Below are positions 28,347-37,524 of a DNA stretch of 64,000 nt, piece after piece. Location of the stretch: contig CBDDDZ010000002.1 of the NCBI GenBank assembly GCA_965226795.1, forward strand, positions 448,001 through 512,000, in the 5' to 3' direction. The notes beneath the pieces were generated by a model. It was given only the letters and a program-made list of their open reading frames with translations. It had not been told where the DNA came from and did not search any database. Numbering within the stretch: position 1 is the stretch's first letter; every line of letters begins with the position of its first letter. The translations under genes and the position numbers were made by a program. The DNA is from Candidatus Latescibacterota bacterium (lineage in GTDB: Bacteria > Latescibacterota > UBA2968 > GCA-2709665).

Positions 28347-29213
28347 ATGGCGAAGCGAAAGTTGCACAATCGCACTGATTCAGGAAGCGGTGAGTCTTCT
28401 CTACGAAAGAGCAACGAGACGACGCTGGAAGATGACGTCACCCGTGGGCTTGGCGAAATCAGGCTCATGCATCCATCCGGCACAGCTCCGATCACGCCAG
28501 CCAGCATGATTTCCGTTGAAGCGATATGCGGCTATAGACATCTGTTCGAGGGGATTGGCATCGACTGGGGAAGCGGCGGGGGCTGCCTGTCCATCGCCGC
28601 TGCACGGATGCCAGGGGTAAACCGGGTTGTCGGGCTCGAGATCAGCGCACCAAATGTATCCGTCGCCCAGAGGAACGCCAGGTTGAACGGCGTTGAAGAC
28701 AAGGTCACGTTCATGCGGTCGGATTCGTACGCGCCGTTTGCGGATGGTGACAGACGTTCCCTCGAAGCCTTGACGGGGCGAGCGGATTTCCTCATCGCAA
28801 ATCCGGACGCGAGCGAAGACGATGACGGATTCGGATACAAACGGACGGTCCTTCGCGGCGCCAGGGAGTATCTGCGTGATGGCGGCCGGGTCTTCCTGAG
28901 CATTTCATATCAGTACGGCCGACCGAGGATCGCAGCTCTGGAGCGTGACGTCCCGGGATTTTTCCACGAAGGTGTCCTGGCGAAAAGCGAGTGCGTTCCC
29001 TTCGACCTTGGGCGGCCCGATCTTCTGAACTGTTTGAAGGTCTATGCACGAGAAGAATCCAGGGGAGGCATGGAATACGCGTTCTGCAATCCCTCACGAC
29101 CCTCCCTGGCCATGAACGCGCGGGCTTCGTTGGCGTTCTACGAACGGACGGGCCGGAGTCCGCTGTCGCAGTGGCAGACGCATCTCTTCAGGTACTTTCC
29201 GGATCGCCTTTAA
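28347..29213 (+). CDS. Class I SAM-dependent methyltransferase (HemK/small MTase-like)
   Basis: IDWGSGGG, VVGLEIS, RNARLN, IANP; GGAGGGGG RBS. Confidence 0.8.
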   Translation: MAKRKLHNRTDSGSGESSLRKSNETTLEDDVTRGLGEIRLMHPSGTAPITPASMISVEAICGYRHLFEGIGIDWGSGGGCLSIAAARMPGVNRVVGLEISAPNVSVAQRNARLNGVEDKVTFMRSDSYAPFADGDRRSLEALTGRADFLIANPDASEDDDGFGYKRTVLRGAREYLRDGGRVFLSISYQYGRPRIAALERDVPGFFHEGVLAKSECVPFDLGRPDLLNCLKVYAREESRGGMEYAFCNPSRPSLAMNARASLAFYERTGRSPLSQWQTHLFRYFPDRL

Positions 29214-29236
29214 TCGTCACCTGGCAGGAAATCCCG

Positions 29237-29386
29237 ATGGATCCAATCGTCACATCTATGACGACGGACGACTGGGAGACCGTGCGCCGGATTTACGAGG
29301 AAGGGATCGCGACGGGAGAAGCGTCCTTTGAGACCGACACTCCTGTCTGCCCTTCGCATTGGTGCTCACGTCCCATACCTGTGTGA
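29237..29386 (+). pseudogene. Phosphinothricin-acetyltransferase-like GNAT, N-terminal fragment
   Basis: MTTDDWETVRRIYEEGIATGEASFETDTP, then similarity is lost and the frame stops. Confidence 0.65.
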
Positions 29387-29424
29387 ACCGTGGGCACCGC
29401 ACAATCTGACCGTGAAGTGCGACG

Positions 29425-31515
29425 TCAACCGGATGAGGTTTCTTTACCGAAGGCGCTTGCAAAGATCAGAAAGTCGCCAAAGCCAATCGTGCCGTTCCCG
29501 TCCAGATCATATCGTGCGTCGTAGTCTTCATCAGAATGACTCAGACCGAAATGTGCTGCGAAATCTATAAAGTCCGTGAAGGCAACGGTACCGTCGCCAT
29601 CGAAGTCGGGGATAGGGATATCAGCGGTGACATATGGTGACATATCCCAAAGCAGAATCGTACCGTCTCCACTCCCACTGGCCAGGGTGAGTCCATCCGG
29701 GGAGAACGACACGGCCGTGGCAACCTCGGTATGCCCCCTCAGGACGCCTTTCTCCCTATGGCTGACCACATCCCACAAACGTACTATCCCGTCCTCGCTC
29801 GCACTGGCCAGTGTGGACCCATCTGGCGAGAACGACACCGCGAGGACCCTACTCGCATGCCCTGTCAGGGTGGCCTTTTCCCGACGGCTGACCACATCCC
29901 ACAAACGTACCGTCTCGTCCCCACTCCCACTTGCTAAGGTGGACCCATCCGGTGAGAACGACACCGAATAGACCCAGGACGTATGGCCTGTCAGGGTGGC
30001 TTTCTCCTGACCGCTGACCACATCCCACAAACGTACCGTCTTGTCGGCACTCCCACTGACTATGGTGGACCCGCCCGGTGAGAATATCACGGACGCTACT
30101 GACCCTGTATGCCCCGTCAGCGTGGTCTTCTCCTGACTACTGACTACGTCCCACAAACGTACCGTATTGTCAACACCTCCGCTGGCCAGGGTGGATCCAT
30201 CCGGTGAGAACAACACCGAAAAGACCCAGGACGTATGGCCTGTCAGGGTGGTTTTCTCCTGACTGCTGACCACATCCCAAACCCGAATCTCCTGCCTGCT
30301 CACACCGGCCAGGGTAGACCCATCCGGCGAGAACGATACCGAAAAAACACTCCAACTCGTATGCCCAGTCAGAGTATTCTCCTCATGTCTTCCGGCCACG
30401 TCCCACAAACGTACCGTATTGTCAACACCTCCGCTGGCCAGGGTGGCCCCATCCGGCGAGAACGACATCGAAAAGACCCAGGACGTATGTCCTGTCAATG
30501 TGGCTTTTTCCTGACGGCTGACCACGTCCCACAACCGAATCGTACCGTCCCTGCTTCCACTGGCCAAGGCAGATCCGTCAGGCGAAAACGATACCGAATG
30601 GACCCTGCGCGTATGCCCAGTCAGGGTAGCTTTCTCCTGACCGCTGGCAACATCCCATAACCGAATCGTATTGTCATTACTCCCACTGGCCAGGATGGCC
30701 CCACCCGGGGAGAACGACACCGAATAGACCCAATACGGATACAAGGGCAGGGTGGCTTTTTCCTGACGGCTGACCACGTCCCACAGTCGAATCGTACCGT
30801 CCCTGCTTCCACTGGCCAAGGCAGATCCATCCGGGGAGAATGACACCGAAAGGATCTGCTCTTCATGCCCTTTCAGAGTTGCCTTCTCTTGGCCGCTGGC
30901 AACATCCCACAACCGAATCGTATTGTCTTCATTAAGTAGATTCCCACTTCCGCTGGCCACGGTGGCCCCGTCCGGCGAGAACGAAACCGAGTTGACCCAT
31001 GACGTATGCCCTGCCAGTGTGGCTTTCGTCTGACCGCTGGCAACATCCCACAACCGAATCGTATTGTCCCAGCTCCCGCTGGCCAGGGCGGAGCCATCCG
31101 GGGAGAACGATACCGCAGTGACTCTTTCCGTATGCCCTGTCAATGTGGCTTTCGTCTGACCGCTGGCAACATCCCACAACCGAATCGTATTGTCCCAGCT
31201 CCCGCTGGCCAGGGTGGATCCATCCGGGGAGAACGATACCGCAAGGACATACCGCGTGTGCCCCGCGAACAAGGCCACTTCGGCGCCGGTGTGGGCATTG
31301 TACAGCCAGATACCGATGCTGCTTGCCACCGCCAGGCGCGCGCCGTCCGGCGAATAGGCTACCGCTCTGTCATTAAAACTGATATCACCTTTGCCCAGGC
31401 GTACAAGGGCGCCTTCCGGCAGACTGAAGGGGTTTTCCTTCCCGGCGAGGCTGGCCCGCGCGAACAGGACGCCAACCAACAACAGGGCGATGCTGAATGA
31501 ATGGCGCATTCTCAT
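29425..31515 (-). CDS. Secreted WD40-repeat protein (14 repeats) with C-terminal dockerin/EF-hand-like domain
   Basis: Signal peptide; repeated GH..V.SVSFSPDG..LASG..D.TIRLWD; tail DFDGDGTV.F.DF / DLDGNGTIGFGDF. Confidence 0.92.
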   Translation of the reverse strand: MRMRHSFSIALLLVGVLFARASLAGKENPFSLPEGALVRLGKGDISFNDRAVAYSPDGARLAVASSIGIWLYNAHTGAEVALFAGHTRYVLAVSFSPDGSTLASGSWDNTIRLWDVASGQTKATLTGHTERVTAVSFSPDGSALASGSWDNTIRLWDVASGQTKATLAGHTSWVNSVSFSPDGATVASGSGNLLNEDNTIRLWDVASGQEKATLKGHEEQILSVSFSPDGSALASGSRDGTIRLWDVVSRQEKATLPLYPYWVYSVSFSPGGAILASGSNDNTIRLWDVASGQEKATLTGHTRRVHSVSFSPDGSALASGSRDGTIRLWDVVSRQEKATLTGHTSWVFSMSFSPDGATLASGGVDNTVRLWDVAGRHEENTLTGHTSWSVFSVSFSPDGSTLAGVSRQEIRVWDVVSSQEKTTLTGHTSWVFSVLFSPDGSTLASGGVDNTVRLWDVVSSQEKTTLTGHTGSVASVIFSPGGSTIVSGSADKTVRLWDVVSGQEKATLTGHTSWVYSVSFSPDGSTLASGSGDETVRLWDVVSRREKATLTGHASRVLAVSFSPDGSTLASASEDGIVRLWDVVSHREKGVLRGHTEVATAVSFSPDGLTLASGSGDGTILLWDMSPYVTADIPIPDFDGDGTVAFTDFIDFAAHFGLSHSDEDYDARYDLDGNGTIGFGDFLIFASAFGKETSSG
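29640..31270 (-). repeat. 126-bp WD40-coding tandem repeats
   Basis: e.g. 71 identical nt at 31018-31088 and 31144-31214 (period 126). Confidence 0.9.
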
Positions 31516-31595
31516 CCGAGATGCTCTTTCGGTGAAGGCGGCTGGGGCCGCCTATCGTGAAGTCCGCCCTTTCTTCGAAATCCTTCGCCCACTGG

Positions 31596-32357
31596 TCATC
31601 CTGACTCGGCATCCGATTTGTGTACGGCGACGAATTTGTCGATCTGGCGGAAGATCCGGTGCATGGTGGCAACGTCTCGGCGATCCATGGAGAGGCGCCC
31701 GAAGAGGCGGCGGATGGACCGCGGGAAGGCCTTCGGCATGTAGTCGGCGGGGAAGCCCAGCTTGTTCAGCGCGGACGCGATGTGCGTGTAGAGGGATTCC
31801 ATTTCTTCAAAGGACGCCAGGTCCAGTTCCGGAATCTCTCGGGGCCTTGCAGCCGCGCGGAAGAGTTCATAGCCGAAGATGAGAACGGCCTGGGAAAGGT
31901 TCAGGGAGGGATACCGGTGGGCGGTCGGGATATTGGCGATCACGCTGCAGAGTCGCATTTCATCGTTGGTGAGGCCATTTTCTTCGCGGCCGAAAACGAG
32001 GGCGGCTTCGTTATTCTGCGGCAGGGAAACCAGCTTTTCCGCCACGTGCCGCGGCCCGTACATGATGTCGAGGTGTTCCCGTTTCCGGTGGGTTGTACCT
32101 ACCGAGAGAACCGTGCCGGACAGGGCTTCTTCAAGCGAATTACATATGGTGGCGCCGTAGAGCACGTCTCCCGAACCGTGGGCCATTTTTCGCGCGTCGC
32201 CGCAGGTATGGTCCGGCGGGTCCACAAGGTAGAGCCGGGAGAGGCCCATATTCTTCATGGCGCGCGCCACCGAGCCGATGTTGCCGGGCTCCTTGGTGCC
32301 CGTCAGGACAACACGAATGCGGTTGAGCGCTTCCGGTGCAGCCGTCTGTTGACGCAT
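31596..32357 (-). CDS. trmJ: tRNA/rRNA SPOUT methyltransferase (TrmJ/LasT family)
   Basis: PGNIGSVARAMKNMG, VFGREENGL, SLNLSQAV. Confidence 0.88.
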   Translation of the reverse strand: MRQQTAAPEALNRIRVVLTGTKEPGNIGSVARAMKNMGLSRLYLVDPPDHTCGDARKMAHGSGDVLYGATICNSLEEALSGTVLSVGTTHRKREHLDIMYGPRHVAEKLVSLPQNNEAALVFGREENGLTNDEMRLCSVIANIPTAHRYPSLNLSQAVLIFGYELFRAAARPREIPELDLASFEEMESLYTHIASALNKLGFPADYMPKAFPRSIRRLFGRLSMDRRDVATMHRIFRQIDKFVAVHKSDAESG

Positions 32358-32480
32358 CTGTATCTCCTTGCCTTCCCCTTTGTGCAATGCTGACGCCGAC
32401 ACGGCGCAGTCTTCAAGCCGGGTTCCGGGATGCGGGGCATTGCGAGTCGTGCGTGCGCGCCGTTCAAACCGACCTATCCG

Positions 32481-33695
32481 CTATTGACTCAAAAAGCGTT
32501 TCCACCCTTCGGGAACGACATTGGTTTCGAGCAGCATCAGCACCGCCTGCCGCTGCGCGGTCTGCAGGCTGTCCTCCCGGGCTTTCCAATAGGCGGCGCC
32601 ACGTCGGGTTGCATCCGGGTGCATTGAAAACGAGCCCCGGGTGAAGAGGGAGTCGTGAAGCACGGGGTTCAGCGTATAGTCGCCAATACGCGTGGTTTGT
32701 TCTGCCAATATGCCGGTCGAGGTGTTAATGCGGACGGTTTGTAGTACGGGCAGCCAATAGCGGTCGTAATAGAGCGCGTTTTCCTGGTAGGTGCGCAGTT
32801 CCTTGATGCCGAGCGATTTTCTGCCTTTTTTGTTCAAGCGCAGGTCGTAGCCCACCAGCGAGAAGTCGGTTTCGGAAATCCAGATGTCCCCTTCCAGTGC
32901 GGGGCGTCTTTTTTTTCTGGGTTCAATGCGAATCCTGTGCACCGCCACGTCGCCCATCTGAACCGTACTCATCAGGCGATATCGATAATCTCGCCTGGCG
33001 CCGGATTCCAACGGAAGGGGACCTACATCAAAATCGCGGCTGTTGAGGCGGCCGCTGCGGATTTTTACGATGATGCCGGGATGCATCCCGAATTGCTGCG
33101 CAGGCGCGTGACGCGACCGGTACGCCGTGATGACCTGAACGATTTCTCCCGGATTTCGATAATATCCCCGGCCGTCGTACTCGATTCGGGCAAGGACGCG
33201 GGAACCGGTATGGCTGCCGGCGTAGAGGGTTTGGGCGCCACGTATCGAAAAACGATGGGTCCTCAGGTTCACGTAGCGCGTGTGAAAGACGTTTTCCCGG
33301 GGATTGTGGCCGATGTTTGTCAGAAGATCCTTGAGGGATGGGAGTGGCAGGTCGACATGCGACTTAAGCGGAATTGGAGAGGGGGAAAGCGAAATGTCCA
33401 GTCGGCTGTCCGCAGACCCGGATACGTCAATCCTCCGCAGTGCCGTCCGATAGCCGACATATGAAACCTGGACGCGAACGGGGCCCCCGGGCAGGTCGGC
33501 AAGGGTGAATCGGCCATAAAGGTCCGTCTGGTCCCCGCGTTTGAGTTCCGGCAGGATGACCGTGGCGTACGGCAACGGCGTGCGTGTCGCGCTGTCTCTG
33601 ACAGTACCGTTCAGGGCGGCGGCGGGCGTCGGCGCCTGAAAGATGTGCAGCGCGAAAACGCCGGCGAGAATTCTAAAAGAATGCCGCGCGGACAT
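32481..33695 (-). CDS. Secreted protein with carboxypeptidase-regulatory-like N-domain and DUF5686-like region
   Basis: Signal peptide; GTVRD..T..PLPYATV, TD.YGRF, VSYVGY; FCB-type architecture. Confidence 0.65.
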   Translation of the reverse strand: MSARHSFRILAGVFALHIFQAPTPAAALNGTVRDSATRTPLPYATVILPELKRGDQTDLYGRFTLADLPGGPVRVQVSYVGYRTALRRIDVSGSADSRLDISLSPSPIPLKSHVDLPLPSLKDLLTNIGHNPRENVFHTRYVNLRTHRFSIRGAQTLYAGSHTGSRVLARIEYDGRGYYRNPGEIVQVITAYRSRHAPAQQFGMHPGIIVKIRSGRLNSRDFDVGPLPLESGARRDYRYRLMSTVQMGDVAVHRIRIEPRKKRRPALEGDIWISETDFSLVGYDLRLNKKGRKSLGIKELRTYQENALYYDRYWLPVLQTVRINTSTGILAEQTTRIGDYTLNPVLHDSLFTRGSFSMHPDATRRGAAYWKAREDSLQTAQRQAVLMLLETNVVPEGWKRFLSQ

Positions 33696-34857
33696 CTGCC
33701 AGTGCCTGGATGAGTCGGGTGATATCGTCCTCGCTGTGGTCGGCCATGAGCGTGAGGCGAAGGCGGCTCTCTCCTTCGGGTACGGTTGGCGGCCGGATGC
33801 CGCTCAGGTAGATCCCCTCCTTAAAGAGATGGTCCGAAATCGCCATGGTGCGCGCGGCGTCGCCGATGAGGATCGGAACAATCTGGGATTGGGAGCCCAT
33901 AAGATCGAACCCAAGGCCGCGCAGGGCCTCTTGAACGGAGTGAACGTTCCGCCAAAGGCTTTTTCGCAAGTCCGAACGGGATTCGATGAGTCGCAAGGCG
34001 GCTGTGGCGGCCCCGCAGGCGTCGGGTGGCAGGGCCGAGGTGAATATAAACGCCGGTGCCCGATTGATCAGCAGGTCGATGAGTTCCGTTGTTCCGGCGA
34101 CGAACCCGCCACAGGCGCCCATTGCCTTGCTGCCTGAGGTTGTCAGAATGTCGATGCCCTGCGTAATGCCGAAGTGTTCGTGGATTCCCCGGCCGGAAGC
34201 CCCAAGGACCCCGGTCCCGTGCGCATCGTCGACCATAAGTATGGCATTGTGACGATTCGCGGCGTCCACTAGTTCGGGCAGGGGGGCAAGGTCGCCGTCC
34301 ATGCTGAACAGCCCGTCGGTGACGATCAGGCGGCGCCGGAATTCGAGTTGGGTCTTGAGCAGGCTTTCCAGATGGTCGACGTCCCGGTGGCGATAAACAA
34401 AGGTCTTCGCGTGTGAGAGCCGGCAGGCGTCGATGATGCTGCGATGGTTCAGACGGTCGCTGAAAACCGCGTCATCCGGGCCGACAAGCGCACTTACTGC
34501 GCCCAGGTTCGCCATGTAGCCGGTGGGAAAACAGAGGGCCGATTCGGCTCCCAGGAAGCCGGCCATCCGGTGTTCCAGCGTCCGATGCGGTTCCATGTTG
34601 CCGGAAATCAGCCGGGAGGCCGCCGCGCTGAGCCCGTACGCGCGCAGTGCATCGTCCGCACCTTCCGTAAGAATGGGGTGGTTTGCAAGACCGAGGTAGT
34701 TATTGGAACAGAAAAGGAGACGCTCTTTACCGTCGATGCGGACCCTGGGACCCTGCGCGCCTTCCACCAGACGGAGGCTGCGGTACAGCCCGCGGGCTTT
34801 CAGATTGTCCAGCTCCGTGGCGAGATGGGGAAGCACTGGAAGTATACCGTGACGCAA
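33673..34857 (-). CDS. bioF: 8-amino-7-oxononanoate synthase
   Basis: FCSNNYLGL, GYMAN, NHRSIIDA, FSMDGD, DDAHG, GSKA, IRPPTVP; start uncertain. Confidence 0.92.
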   Translation of the reverse strand: MRHGILPVLPHLATELDNLKARGLYRSLRLVEGAQGPRVRIDGKERLLFCSNNYLGLANHPILTEGADDALRAYGLSAAASRLISGNMEPHRTLEHRMAGFLGAESALCFPTGYMANLGAVSALVGPDDAVFSDRLNHRSIIDACRLSHAKTFVYRHRDVDHLESLLKTQLEFRRRLIVTDGLFSMDGDLAPLPELVDAANRHNAILMVDDAHGTGVLGASGRGIHEHFGITQGIDILTTSGSKAMGACGGFVAGTTELIDLLINRAPAFIFTSALPPDACGAATAALRLIESRSDLRKSLWRNVHSVQEALRGLGFDLMGSQSQIVPILIGDAARTMAISDHLFKEGIYLSGIRPPTVPEGESRLRLTLMADHSEDDITRLIQALADVRAAFF

Positions 34858-34941
34858 CGAGGTTGAGGTGAGGCGAAATGTGGACGGAAATTATGGAATT
34901 TCCCATGGCTTGTCAAGCGGTTGAGGGGGAATGGTACGGGT

Positions 34942-34969
34942 TTGACAATAGGGTCCATTCGTTTATATT
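34942..34969 (+). promoter_or_regulatory. Putative sigma70 promoter of lnt-tatC operon
   Basis: TTGACA-16 nt-TATATT; a divergent TTGACA at 34916-34911 faces bioF. Confidence 0.5.
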
Positions 34970-35114
34970 CTAAGCGGGTTTTTGGGGTGGGTATCAACCG
35001 TACCGGTTGGCGGGACTCACTGCTTGCGGCCAACCGGTTTTTCTGTCCCGAAACCCGAACCGTGAAAACGCGGCCCGTGAAGTACCGGCAGAAGGGTTCG
35101 GAGGAACCGGAGTT

Positions 35115-37436
35115 ATGACGGAGGCACGGCAGGGCGCAGACTGGAAATGGATGGTGCTGTTTCCGGCGGTTTCGGGCCTTGTCCTGGGCGCGGCATTCCC
35201 ACCCCTGCCCATGGGTTTCCTGTCTTACGTGGCGCTTATCCCGCTGCTGATTTCGGCGGAACGGCTGTGCGGCCGTGCGGCCTTTGGCGCCGGTTTCGTT
35301 CAGGGGATATTTTTCTACGGAGCGACACTTTACTGGATCGGTTGGATCACGCCCCCCGGCATGGCCGGGGCGGTTTTTTACATGTCCCTGTTCCGTGGGC
35401 TGTTTTTGTGGACGTTCGCCCGCGTCGTGCGGCGGTACGGCGCCACGGGCATGTGGAGCGCGCCCTTTCTGTGGGTTGGGTTCGAGTATTTCAATTCTCT
35501 GGGAGACATGGGGTTTCCATGGGTGGTGCTTGGTAATTCGCAGACGGCCTATCTGTGGCTGATCCAGTATGCTGAAGTGACGGGGGTATATGGGGTTTCG
35601 TTCTGGATTGTAGTGGTCAATCTGAGCGTACTGATGCTGTGGAGGAACGGAGCGCGGCGCTGGGCTTGGGCTGCCGCGGTGGCGGCGCTTTTTGCGGGAC
35701 CGGCGGCGAACGGGTATCTGGCGCTGAAGAATGATTCTGATCAGCAGGCCGTGCCGGTGGGTGTAGTCCAACCGGATATGCCTCCGGTGGCCAAGGAATA
35801 CAGGGGATTCGATTACAATTTCGGCAAACTGAAGCCGATGACAGTGGAAGCCGCGGGGCAGGGGGCGAAGCTTGTGGTGTGGCCCGAGACGGCGGTCGGC
35901 TATATGAAAGGGGAACTGTACCGGCACCATCGAGAGCAGGTGCAGGCGATGGTGGACTCGCTGGGCATCTACCTTCATACGGGCGCGTACCGACTGGTGA
36001 CTGGCGACCCGGTAAAGGTGTACAACTCCTCGTTTCTGTTCGTGCCCCAAAAGGGGATCACGGGATACTACGATAAAACTCGCCTGGTGCCGTTCGGCGA
36101 ACGGGCGCCGTTCCCGGATTTGCTGCCCTTTCTGAGGAAAACCCGGTTCACCGGCGGCGGGTACGTGGGGGGCAACTGGGATTCCGGAGAGACGCGGACG
36201 GTTTTCAATGGCCCCGAGGCCCGGTTCTCCGCGCTAATCTGTTACGACTCGGTTTTTCCGGGATTTGTCCGGTCCTTTGTGGACCGGGGCGCGGAGTTTC
36301 TGGTCGTTATTACCAACGATGGCTGGTTCGGTCGCACTTCCGGACCCTATCAGCATGCCGAGGCGGCTGTGTTTCGCGCCATCGAGAACCGGCGGGACGT
36401 GGTGCGCTGCGCGAATACAGGTGTGTCCACGTTTATCGACGCCTTTGGACGGAAGTCGGGGACAACGGGAATTTTCCATCCGGCCGTGTTGACTCACGGC
36501 GTGGTGCCACGAAGCGCAAAGACGTTTTATACGAGGTACGGAGACCTGTTCGCGCAGCTCTGCCTGGTTCTGGGCGCGCTTCTGGTGGTGATGGCCATCC
36601 GCCGGCACACGATGGATGCAACGCCGTCGATTCTGCCCCCGGACGCCGAAACTCCCGGCCGACGCACCCCCGAACCGTCCGAGCGTGGGGACGACAAGGC
36701 GATGCCCTTTCTGGATCATCTGGAGGAACTGCGATGGCGCATATTAAAAGGGTTGGCGGCCCTCGTGTTCGGCGCCGTGATCTGCGGGATATTTTCGGAC
36801 AGCATCCTCGGTTGGCTTGTGTTGCCGGTTCGCGACGTGACCCCCGTAATGGAGTGGTTGGGCGTGGCGCCGGTTGAACCGCCCGTCAAGCTTATATATT
36901 TGAAACCGATGGGGATGTTTCTCGTCAAATTTCAAATTTCCCTGGTGGGCGGCGCGATCCTGGCGTTGCCGTTTCTCCTGTATCAATTGTGGATCTTCGT
37001 TGCTCCGGGTTTATTGAAATCGGAGCGGCGGTACGTATCTTTTATTGTTTTTTCGTCGACGGTCTGTTTTGTTCTGGGCGGCGCCATTGCCTACGTGAGC
37101 GTGGTGCCGCTGTCGTTTCGATTCCTGATTCTGATCGGCGAGGGGACCGGCGTCGACCCCCAGTTCGATATCGGCTACTACATCGGCTTTGTGCTGAGAC
37201 TGCTGGTGGCCTTCGGTGTTGTCTTCGAACTGCCGGTAGCGGCGTTTTTCCTGAGCCGGATCGGCCTGTTGACCGCGGATCGAATGCGGCGCGGCCGGCG
37301 GTATGCGGTAGTGATCGGCTTTATTCTGGCTGCCCTGCTCACGCCTCCGGACCCGATCTCCCAACTCCTGATGGCGCTGCCGCTGGTGCTGCTTTACGAA
37401 TTCAGCATCTGGGTGGCCCGGGTCGCCGGCAGATAA
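35115..37436 (+). CDS. lnt-tatC: Fusion of apolipoprotein N-acyltransferase (Lnt) and twin-arginine translocase TatC
   Basis: Lnt: GFPW, WPETA, YDK.RLVPFGE, ICYD, TNDGWF, ANTG. TatC: FLDHLEELR, W.FVAPGL..ERR, FELP, TPPD. One open frame. Confidence 0.9.
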   Translation: MTEARQGADWKWMVLFPAVSGLVLGAAFPPLPMGFLSYVALIPLLISAERLCGRAAFGAGFVQGIFFYGATLYWIGWITPPGMAGAVFYMSLFRGLFLWTFARVVRRYGATGMWSAPFLWVGFEYFNSLGDMGFPWVVLGNSQTAYLWLIQYAEVTGVYGVSFWIVVVNLSVLMLWRNGARRWAWAAAVAALFAGPAANGYLALKNDSDQQAVPVGVVQPDMPPVAKEYRGFDYNFGKLKPMTVEAAGQGAKLVVWPETAVGYMKGELYRHHREQVQAMVDSLGIYLHTGAYRLVTGDPVKVYNSSFLFVPQKGITGYYDKTRLVPFGERAPFPDLLPFLRKTRFTGGGYVGGNWDSGETRTVFNGPEARFSALICYDSVFPGFVRSFVDRGAEFLVVITNDGWFGRTSGPYQHAEAAVFRAIENRRDVVRCANTGVSTFIDAFGRKSGTTGIFHPAVLTHGVVPRSAKTFYTRYGDLFAQLCLVLGALLVVMAIRRHTMDATPSILPPDAETPGRRTPEPSERGDDKAMPFLDHLEELRWRILKGLAALVFGAVICGIFSDSILGWLVLPVRDVTPVMEWLGVAPVEPPVKLIYLKPMGMFLVKFQISLVGGAILALPFLLYQLWIFVAPGLLKSERRYVSFIVFSSTVCFVLGGAIAYVSVVPLSFRFLILIGEGTGVDPQFDIGYYIGFVLRLLVAFGVVFELPVAAFFLSRIGLLTADRMRRGRRYAVVIGFILAALLTPPDPISQLLMALPLVLLYEFSIWVARVAGR

Positions 37437-37524
37437 GCCGGGCATTCGGCCGCGGACGTCCGATACGCGACCGCGCGGGAACACTTTGCAGCGGCTGTAT
37501 AAATTGACAAGGGATTGTTTTTTT

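Noticed and set aside
29640..31270. Regular repeats as a CRISPR array or DGR template
   Set aside because: They are in-frame 126-bp WD40 coding repeats; there are no spacers, cas genes or reverse transcriptase in the window.
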